Shown: one piece after another, positions 1 to 6,734 of the stretch | How the letters are laid out: each line of letters opens with the position of its first letter | Numbering within the stretch: the stretch's first letter is position 1 | From: Myxococcota bacterium | Lineage (GTDB): Bacteria; Myxococcota; JACRCW01 | Length of the DNA stretch: 10,405 bases | Assembly: GCA_040752415.1 (NCBI GenBank) | Contig: JBFMGU010000333.1 | Span: 1-10,405 of the forward strand | Direction: 5' to 3' | Position numbers and translations under genes: made by a program | Notes under the pieces: generated by a model | Database searches by the model: none | What the model saw: the letters and a program-made list of their open reading frames with translations, nothing else | Told to the model about the DNA's origin: nothing

Positions 1-223
1 CGGCACTGCGTGAGCGGTGGAGGTGGCCGGCAATGGTCAGCCCCGGGCCGCGCTGTCACGACGACGGAAAACCGGTCCACGCATGCGCCGTTCACGCGGT
101 CGAAGCGACGGAGGAGCGGTCAGCAATGTAGGGGCTGCCCGTTGCCGGCACTGCGTGAGCGGGCCCAATGGCCGGCAATGGTCAGCCCCGGGCCGCGCTG
201 TCATGACGACGGAAAACAGGTCC
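1..223 (+). repeat. Tandem direct repeat, 145-bp period (copy 1 truncated by window start; copy 2 register starts at 146)
   Basis: cggcactgcgtgagcgg-N6-tggccggcaatggtcagccccgggccgcgctgtca(c/t)gacgacggaaaac(c/a)ggtcc occurs at 1-78 and 146-223. Weaker similarity continues to about 265. Confidence 0.93.
128..189 (+). repeat. GTAG-headed REP-like hairpin
   Basis: GTAG at 128-131 leads into a 19-bp stem, ggggctgcccgttgccggc (131-149) / gccggcaatggtcagcccc (171-189), with one C.T mismatch, one G.T pair and a 21-nt loop. A GTAG foot plus an imperfect GC-rich hairpin is the known layout of GTAG-family REPs. Confidence 0.7.
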
Positions 224-765
224 TCACGTGCGCGGCAACTGCGGCTGACGCAACCATGGTCGCGCTGCGCTAGGGTGCGCCAGGCGCCGAGTCAGCGTTA
301 CAGCGGTTCCCGTTCGGGTTGACCGTGGTTCCGTCGCGGGGAACGCACCGGCGGCTGAAGCCGCGTCTGGAAAGTCACCAAGCCTTGCCTCGCATCCCGC
401 TTGCCTCATTGGGCCGCGCAAGGCTCTGCGTTGGTGGCGTTGGGGAACGCGGTTTCGCAGCATCCAGGTTTGTGACGAGGTCCCGGAACGTCACATTCTC
501 AAGCCACGCACCCTATGTCGCCAACGCAGAGCCTTGCGCAGCCCAACGAGGCAGACGGGATGCGAGGCAAGGCTTGGTGACTTTCCAGACGCGGCTTCAG
601 CCGCCGGTGCGTTCCCCGCGACGGAACCACGGTCAACCCAAACGGGAACCGCTGTAACGCTGACTCGGCGCCTGGCGCACCCTAGCGCAGCGCGACCATG
701 GTTGCGTCAGCCGCAGTTGCCGCGCACGTGAGGACCTGTTTTCCGTCGTCATCACAGCGCGGCCC

Positions 766-827
766 GGGGCTGACCATTGCCGGCCACCTCCACCGTTCAC
801 GCAGTGCCGGCAACGGGCAGCCCCTAC
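766..827 (-). repeat. GTAG-headed REP-like hairpin (inverted partner of 128-189)
   Basis: ctac at 824-827 reads GTAG on the minus strand. The stem is ggggctgaccattgccggc ... gccggcaacgggcagcccc. Confidence 0.7.
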
Positions 828-940
828 ATTGCTGACCGCTCCTCCGTCGCTTCGACCGCGTGAACGGGGACATGCGTGGACCGGTTTTCCGTCGTCGTCA
901 CAGCGCGGCCCGGGGCTGACCAAGGGACTGGTGGACGATT

Positions 941-1013
941 GTAGGGGCTGCCGAGCCGCGCTGACGGAGAAAGCAGGTACAGTGGGCGGTTCGTCAGCCC
1001 GGGGCCTCGCTGT
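941..1013 (+). repeat. Degenerate GTAG REP-like copy outside the palindrome
   Basis: It begins gtaggggctgcc and ends tcagcccggggcctcgctgt, matching the ends of the main unit. The inner stem is different (cgagccgc / gcggttcg). Confidence 0.65.
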
Positions 1014-1149
1014 GCCGCGGTGTCCCCACGTGCTTCGTCGTCGCGATCGGTCGAGCCGGCCTGTGTGCGGGGAACCCGACAGCCCATGAGTTGCCGGATC
1101 CATCCGGGATGCCCATCTTCCCGAAGCCCTGGGAAGGAAGGTGTCGAGC

Positions 1150-1578
1150 ATGATCCGCAACTGCCCCTCGTGCGGCGCCCAGAACCGCGTGCCCGCGCAT
1201 CACCTGACGGACCGCGGACGCTGCGGGGCCTGCAAGGCTGCGCTGGAGCCCGTGTCCGAGCCGCTGGACGTCGACGCGCGTGAGTTCGACGACATTGCGC
1301 GCGCCGCGCGGGTGCCGGTGCTGGTGGACTTCTGGGCCAGCTGGTGTGGTCCGTGTCGCGCCGCCGCGCCGCACGTCCGCCAGACCGCGCGCAACCTGGC
1401 GGGGCGTGCGCTCGTGCTCAAGGTCAACACGGAAGAGAACCCGGCGCTGGCCGCGCGCTACGGTGTGCGCGGGATCCCCAACTTCGTGGTGCTGCGCGGC
1501 GGGAGGCCGGTGATGCAGCAGGCAGGGCTGGTGGATCACCGTCAGATGGAGAGCTGGCTGCAGCGCGCCGGCGCGTGA
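1150..1578 (+). CDS. trxC: Thioredoxin 2 (TrxC type) with N-terminal zinc finger, ~142 aa
   Basis: N-terminal CPSC...NRVP...CGAC zinc-binding pairs, the VLVDFWASWCGPC active site, KVNTE and the cis-Pro motif RGIP. ATG 1150 is chosen over GTG 1141 because the purine-rich GGAAGGAAGG (1132-1141) lies 8 nt upstream of it. Confidence 0.93.
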   Translation: MIRNCPSCGAQNRVPAHHLTDRGRCGACKAALEPVSEPLDVDAREFDDIARAARVPVLVDFWASWCGPCRAAAPHVRQTARNLAGRALVLKVNTEENPALAARYGVRGIPNFVVLRGGRPVMQQAGLVDHRQMESWLQRAGA

Positions 1579-1773
1579 CGACGTCAAACTCTCCTGCCTC
1601 CACGCGGCGCTGATGTGGTCGTGTGGCGCGTGCCTCGGCACATCGGTGCACCTGTGGGCGTCTGCTGCGTGCGCGGCAAGCACGCGCGGCGTGAGCCAAT
1701 TCACGAAACCGGTCGGTACCTCGCGCATGGACCCGAGCCGCACCTCGAGGGGTGCGCCAGGAGAGATTTGCGC

Positions 1774-4700
1774 ATGCGCATTCATGTCGTCATGAGAATG
1801 GTGCTTCCGTTGACCGCGGTGGCGTTGGCGGGCTGCGACCGCGAGCCGCCTCCCGCGCCCTTCCTGGACCCCACGCCCACCGCCACGGCGCTGGACCGCG
1901 TCACCATCACCGGCGTGGGTGAGCCCAAGGCGAGCGTGGCCATCACCCGCGACCCGGCGTTCACCGAGGCCATGGACGACGGCGGCGCGTTCACCAGCAA
2001 GACCACCGCGGACCCCGTCTCCGGGCGCTTCAAGCTCACCGTGCCGCTCGCCCTCGTCGAGGGTGCGGCGTCGACGCTGAACCACTTCGAGGTGGTGGCC
2101 ACCGCGGAGGGAACCGACCCCGTCAGCACCGCCATCTTCGGCAACGCGTCCAGCGCCGCGGTGGTGGAGGTCACGCGCCAGGTGCGGAGACCGGAGGCGC
2201 TGGTGGTGACCCTGGAGTCCGCCACCATCTCCGCCGACGACGGAAAGCTCCTGGTCCGCATTGCCGCGCGCAACGACGAGGCCGCGGTGCCGCTGCAGGG
2301 CCTCAACGTCACGGTGTCCACGCAGGACTACGACCCCGCGCCCACCGCCGTCACCGTGACCACCGACGACGCCGGCATCGCGCTGGCGCAGCTCAGCGGG
2401 CTCACCGCGGTGGGAGATGGCAACGTGGTGGTGGAAGCGGAGCTGGCGGGTGACGCGGGGAAGGCCACCGCCATGGCCCCGTTTGTCGTCGTGGCGGGTG
2501 TGCCGGCCATGTTGGACCTGAAGCTGGCCGCCACGGTGGCCGGCACGGAGCTCCCCGCCGCCGACACGCTCGGCGTTCCCGCCACCACCCCGGTGCGCCT
2601 GGTGCTCTCCGTGCAGGACGCGCAGGGCAACGCGCTGGACGCCGGCGCGCTGAGCCTCTCCACCAACGCGCCCGACGCCATCATCACCGGGATGCAGCTT
2701 CTTGGCGTGCGTCGCGCCGGGACCTACCTGGTGACGGCGAGCAGCCCGGACCCGCGGGTGTCCGACAGCGCCGAGCTCACCGTCGAGCCCGCGCCGCCCG
2801 CGCGCCTGGTGCTGGCGCTGGCCGCCACGGAGCTGCGCGCCGGAGAGCTGCTGGTGGCGCGCGTCCACCTCGAGGATGAGGCCGGCAACCACACCACCCC
2901 CGCCCAGGCGCCCACGCTGCAGAGCGGTCTGCCGGTGTGGCACGCGGGCCAGCCCGACGAGGACGCCCAGGCCTTTGCGCTGACCACCGAGGGCACTCTG
3001 ACGCGCGGCCAGGTGGTGGCGCGCACCGCCGGGCAGTTCACGGTCACCGCCAGCTTCACCGGTCTTCCCGACGTCACCGCGGCCTATCGTGTGCTGCCTG
3101 GTGACCCCGCGAACATCGGGCTCACGCTTTCTCCCTCGCCGCTGGTGGCCGGGGAGCAGCTCAGCGTGGTGGCCGCGGTCACCGACGCGTTCGACAATGC
3201 GGTGGACTTCCCGCTCCTGCTGGAGTCCGACGCGCCCGGTGCATTCGTCGTGGGGGAGCAGATCTACGGCATCACCCGGGCCACCGAGGGCACGGACTAC
3301 CTGGTGGCGGCGCGCGGCGTGGGCACCAACGTGATTGGCAGCGCCTCGCTCACCGTGGTTCCCGCCGCGCCCGCGCGCCTGGTGACCATGGCTTCTCCGT
3401 CGTCGGCGATGGCCGGTGAGACGGTGACCTTCACCGTGCACGTGGAGGACCTCTACGGCAACATCCGCCACGACGACGCCCCCTCCCTCTCCGCCACCTT
3501 CCCCGACGATCCGCTCGGCGGCGCGCAGGCGCTGGGCGCGGTCTCGCTCGAGGGTGGTGTGGCCTCCGCCACGGCGCAGCTGCGGGGCGCTGGCAGCTAC
3601 AGCGTCACGGCCCAGCTCGCCGACCCACAGGCGGCCGCCGACGCGGGCCCGGCCATCCTGCTGGAGAGCAGCATCCCGGTGACGGTGAGCCCCGGGCCCG
3701 TGGCCAACATGTCGCTCAGCCTGTCCTCCTCGCCGCTGGTTGCGGGCGAGGACCTGGTGGTGACTCCCAGCGTGACCGACGCGTACGGCAACCCGCTGGC
3801 CCTGCCGGTCATGCTCCAGACCAACGCGCCCGGCGCGTTCCTCGTCGGCACCACGTTCAAGAACATCACCCGGGCCAGCGAAGCGGGCGACTACACGATC
3901 GCCGCGTCGGTGGCGGGCAGCGCGGTGGTGGGCAGTGTGGCGCTCCCGGTGGTCCCGGCCGCGGCGGCCACGCTGGTGGCGTCGGCGGAACCCGCGGCAA
4001 CCGTGGCCGGGGAGACCATCACCTTCACCGCGCACGTCGAGGACGCGTACGGCAACATCCGTCGTGGTGACAGCCCCGCCATCAGCGGGACGTTCCCCAA
4101 TGACCCGCAGGGTGGCGCCCAGACGCTCTCCGCGGTGTCGGTGAACAACGGCGTGGCCACCGCCACCGCGCAGCTGCGTGGCGCGGGCATCTACACGGTC
4201 TCCGCCAGCGCGGATCAGCTCACGCAGGTCGTCGGCGTCTCGGTGGACCCGGCGCAGGCCAGCCAGTTGACGGTCTCCCTGAGCCCAACCCAGCTCACGG
4301 CCGGCAGCGACGTCACGGTCACCGCCACGGTGACGGACGCGTTCGGCAATCCGCTGGCGCAGCCGGTGGACATCTGGACCGACGCTCCCGGCGCGCTCGT
4401 CGTGGGCAACGTGATCCAGCGCGTGACCCGCGCCACCGAGGGCTCGCCCTACACCGTGAACGTGGCGGTGCGGGATACCAACATCGTCGGTTCGGCGTCG
4501 CTGGACGTGCTGCCCGCGTCCGCGTCGCGCCTGGTGCTCACCTCGTCGTCGGGCACGCCCACCGCGGGTGACACGGTGACCTTCACCGCGCACCTCGAGG
4601 ATGCCTACGGCAACATCCTGCGCGCCGAGACGCCGGTCATCACCGCCAACCTTGGCCAGGACAACACCGGCGCCAACCAGGTCCTGTCCACCAGCACCAC

Positions 4701-6591
4701 CAACGGCGTGACGCAGGCCAGCGCGGAGCTGCGGCGCGCGGCGTTCTACACGGTGGACGCCAGCGGCGCTTCGCTCTCGTCGAGCACCACGGTGGCGGTG
4801 GCGCCGGGTGCGCCCGACCCCAGCGGCTTCTCCTTCTCGCTCGGCACGCCCCCGCCGGGCGGCTTCGTGGCCGGGGAGCCGGTGCCCTTCACCTATTCCG
4901 TCGTCGACTCCTTCCTCAACGAGACCGGGCTGGCGGTGGCGGTGACGGTGAACGCGCCCAACGCCTTCATCGTCGACGACGGCGATGGCAACGGCACGGT
5001 CAACGGCGTGGTGCGCGCGGGCAGCTACACGGTGAGCGCGCGCGTGCCGGGCTCGGGCCTCTCGTCGCAGAGTGAGCCGCTGGTGATGGACCCCAACCCG
5101 GGCCAGGGCTTCAACCTCACGCTCTCGGCGTCCCTGGCGGCGCAGGGCGGCAGCGTGCTGGCCTTCCTCACCGACGGGTTCGGCAACCAGCTCGACTCGT
5201 CGTCGGTGACCTTCACGGTGGACCCCTCGGTCACGGTCAACGCGGTGACCCCCGCGCAGCTCAGCTTCCCGCAGCCCGGTTCCTACGCGGTGCAGGCCTG
5301 CCTCAATGACGCCGGCGGCCAGCCCACCACCACCTGCGACACCGAGTTCCTCGGCGTGCAGGGCAGCGTCGACGTGGTGCCGCCCAGCGTGAGCGTGGTC
5401 ATCACCTTCCCGCAGGCTCCCACCACGGACGTCGCCGTCGGCGGCCGGGTGAGCTTCGAGGTCACCGCCACCGACGATCGCGCGCTCAGCTCGCTCAGCT
5501 ACGTGGCGCAGTTCGGGACGGGCGGCTCGTGTCTGCGGACCGGCGGCCCGGTGCTGCTCGCCTCCGGTGTGGCCACGACCAGCCCGCCGGTGGCGTTCAC
5601 CTTCACCGTGCCCAACTGCGCGCTTCCGCTGGATCCGGTCAGCATCGTGGCGCAGGCCACCGACGAGGCCGGGAACACCCGCAACAGCGCGGAGAACACG
5701 CAGCTCCGCGTGGCCTCTCCGTTCACGTTCACCTCCGAGGCGGGATTCCTCGTCGAGGTGCTGGGCTACGGCAACCGCCTGAACCAGTCCTTTGACGCCA
5801 TCATGGAGCCGTCCTCCGGGCGGGTCATCGTCTCCAACTTCGGCAATGACCGCGCGGTCGTCATCTACTCCGACCGCACCCAGGACGACCTGCGGGATCC
5901 CGCGGGCGCGCGCATCAACCTCAACCAGACGCCCTGGGGTGTGGTCTACGACGCCACCAACAACCGCACCCTGTTTGCCCTCAACGGCCCCAACCGGATC
6001 GTCTCGGTGGACAATTCCGGCAACCTCAACGACGTGTACCTGGAAGCCACCGGCCAGGGCGGGCCCATGTTTGATTCCTTCCCCGCCGGTCTCGCTCTCG
6101 AGGGAGATAAGCTCTGTGTGGCGTTCCCGTTCTCCGCGCGGGTGCAGTGCTTCAACAACCTCGCCACCACGCCCACCTCGCTCTTCACCATCAACGACGC
6201 CACCAACCTGAACCAGGCGACGTTCGTGGCCCTCAACGGCACGGACCTGTGGGTCAGCGTGCGAGGCACCGACCGCATCCGGCGCTACAACGCCACCACC
6301 GGCGCGTTCATCGCCTCGCTGGCGCCCACGGTGGTGGAGCCCATGGACATCCTGGTGGCGCCGGTCACGGGCAACCTGCTGCTGGTGGACCGCGACAACA
6401 CCAACGGCAACGGCAAGCTGCTGCGCGTGGACCCGAACACCGGTGCCACCACCACCATCGTCTCCGGGTTCGACAGTCCGGTGGGGCTTGGCTTCAACGG
6501 CAACGCCGTGATGGTGGTGGATGAGGGCGCCAACATCAATGAAGCGGTGCTGCTCGTGAAACCCGACCCGGCCAACCCCGGCGTGTTCTGA
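1774..6591 (+). CDS. Large lipoprotein (~1605 aa): tandem Ig-like (Big/invasin-like) repeats plus C-terminal NHL/SMP-30-like beta-propeller; putative surface adhesin
   Basis: Long ORF with strong GC3 bias. AGGAG at 1759-1763 precedes ATG 1774. The signal peptide MRIHVVMRMVLPLTAVALAG-C has a LAGC lipobox (Cys codon 1834-1836). A D-x-x-G-N-like motif recurs every ~90-110 aa. About six propeller-blade motifs (e.g. PWGVVYD, PAGLAL, PMDILV, PVGLGF) lie from ~5743 onward. Confidence 0.88.
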   Translation: MRIHVVMRMVLPLTAVALAGCDREPPPAPFLDPTPTATALDRVTITGVGEPKASVAITRDPAFTEAMDDGGAFTSKTTADPVSGRFKLTVPLALVEGAASTLNHFEVVATAEGTDPVSTAIFGNASSAAVVEVTRQVRRPEALVVTLESATISADDGKLLVRIAARNDEAAVPLQGLNVTVSTQDYDPAPTAVTVTTDDAGIALAQLSGLTAVGDGNVVVEAELAGDAGKATAMAPFVVVAGVPAMLDLKLAATVAGTELPAADTLGVPATTPVRLVLSVQDAQGNALDAGALSLSTNAPDAIITGMQLLGVRRAGTYLVTASSPDPRVSDSAELTVEPAPPARLVLALAATELRAGELLVARVHLEDEAGNHTTPAQAPTLQSGLPVWHAGQPDEDAQAFALTTEGTLTRGQVVARTAGQFTVTASFTGLPDVTAAYRVLPGDPANIGLTLSPSPLVAGEQLSVVAAVTDAFDNAVDFPLLLESDAPGAFVVGEQIYGITRATEGTDYLVAARGVGTNVIGSASLTVVPAAPARLVTMASPSSAMAGETVTFTVHVEDLYGNIRHDDAPSLSATFPDDPLGGAQALGAVSLEGGVASATAQLRGAGSYSVTAQLADPQAAADAGPAILLESSIPVTVSPGPVANMSLSLSSSPLVAGEDLVVTPSVTDAYGNPLALPVMLQTNAPGAFLVGTTFKNITRASEAGDYTIAASVAGSAVVGSVALPVVPAAAATLVASAEPAATVAGETITFTAHVEDAYGNIRRGDSPAISGTFPNDPQGGAQTLSAVSVNNGVATATAQLRGAGIYTVSASADQLTQVVGVSVDPAQASQLTVSLSPTQLTAGSDVTVTATVTDAFGNPLAQPVDIWTDAPGALVVGNVIQRVTRATEGSPYTVNVAVRDTNIVGSASLDVLPASASRLVLTSSSGTPTAGDTVTFTAHLEDAYGNILRAETPVITANLGQDNTGANQVLSTSTTNGVTQASAELRRAAFYTVDASGASLSSSTTVAVAPGAPDPSGFSFSLGTPPPGGFVAGEPVPFTYSVVDSFLNETGLAVAVTVNAPNAFIVDDGDGNGTVNGVVRAGSYTVSARVPGSGLSSQSEPLVMDPNPGQGFNLTLSASLAAQGGSVLAFLTDGFGNQLDSSSVTFTVDPSVTVNAVTPAQLSFPQPGSYAVQACLNDAGGQPTTTCDTEFLGVQGSVDVVPPSVSVVITFPQAPTTDVAVGGRVSFEVTATDDRALSSLSYVAQFGTGGSCLRTGGPVLLASGVATTSPPVAFTFTVPNCALPLDPVSIVAQATDEAGNTRNSAENTQLRVASPFTFTSEAGFLVEVLGYGNRLNQSFDAIMEPSSGRVIVSNFGNDRAVVIYSDRTQDDLRDPAGARINLNQTPWGVVYDATNNRTLFALNGPNRIVSVDNSGNLNDVYLEATGQGGPMFDSFPAGLALEGDKLCVAFPFSARVQCFNNLATTPTSLFTINDATNLNQATFVALNGTDLWVSVRGTDRIRRYNATTGAFIASLAPTVVEPMDILVAPVTGNLLLVDRDNTNGNGKLLRVDPNTGATTTIVSGFDSPVGLGFNGNAVMVVDEGANINEAVLLVKPDPANPGVF
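2494..5367 (+). repeat. Intragenic protein-level tandem repeat: five two-domain (A+B) units
   Basis: Units start at about 2494, 3097, 3691, 4249 and 4804 (spacings 603, 594, 558, 555 nt). A domains carry V-x-D-x-x-x-N...(N/D)AP(G/D/N)A. B domains 1-4 carry AG(E/D)...H(V/L)ED-x-x-GN; B5 is more divergent. Confidence 0.88.
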
Positions 6592-6612
6592 GCCATCGCG
6601 TTGCAGGACCCA

Positions 6613-6645
6613 TGGCCCGTCGGCGGTGTTGTCGTCGACGGGCCA
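6613..6645 (+). terminator. GC-rich stem-loop after the large lipoprotein gene (weak terminator or mRNA-stabilising hairpin)
   Basis: 13-bp stem tggcccgtcggcg / cgtcgacgggcca with one G.U, starting about 20 nt after the TGA. It is followed only by ggctgttt, a poor U-tract. Confidence 0.5.
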
Positions 6646-6734
6646 GGCTGTTTCCGCCGAGCCCGATCCATGCGCGCCCCGGTACTCCCAGGCAGGTGGT
6701 CTGCTCATCCGCCGGCCACCGGATGGGAGCGTGC

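Larger units (their letters stand above)
34..922. repeat. Long imperfect inverted repeat (arms 34-434 and 521-922, 86-nt centre); REPIN/BIME-like composite
   Basis: The reverse complement of 521-922 aligns to 34-434. The blocks 203-314/641-752 and 316-399/556-639 are exact. I count about 17 differences by hand, including one 1-nt indel near 86. Several short ORFs in the track recur on opposite strands (10..273+ vs 682..873-), as expected for a palindrome. Confidence 0.97.

Noticed and set aside
471..495. CRP/FNR-type site (TGTGA...TCACA)
   Set aside because: The half-sites are 15 nt apart rather than the canonical 6.
34..922. Fold-back or amplification chimera as the explanation for the palindrome
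   Set aside because: This is disfavoured because the arms differ at about 17 positions in a patterned way and the centre is decayed rather than abrupt. It cannot be fully excluded without reads.
1..1013. CRISPR array interpretation of the repeats
   Set aside because: The units are too long, lie in both orientations and lack unique spacers of regular length. No cas genes are in the window.
10..1160. Many short ORFs over the palindrome (e.g. 10..273, 319..657, 633..1160)
   Set aside because: They are mirrored on both strands because of the inverted repeat. They show no codon bias, RBS or recognisable motif, and none resembles a transposase.
1150..1578. TrxC as the dedicated disulfide catalyst for the downstream lipoproteins
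   Set aside because: It has no signal peptide and a reducing-type WCGPC site, so it is presumably cytoplasmic. Adjacency alone does not support a functional link.
1615..1773. ORF-track N-terminal extension of the large lipoprotein (similarly 6612-6734 and 7249-7308 for the later genes)
   Set aside because: Downstream ATGs have SD motifs and, for the lipoproteins, put the signal peptide at the N-terminus. The extensions look non-coding.
1769..1780. 12-bp palindrome tgcgcatgcgca over the start codon, and tgacg-a-cgtca at 1576-1586
   Set aside because: These are short dyads in GC-rich DNA with no second occurrence or other support.
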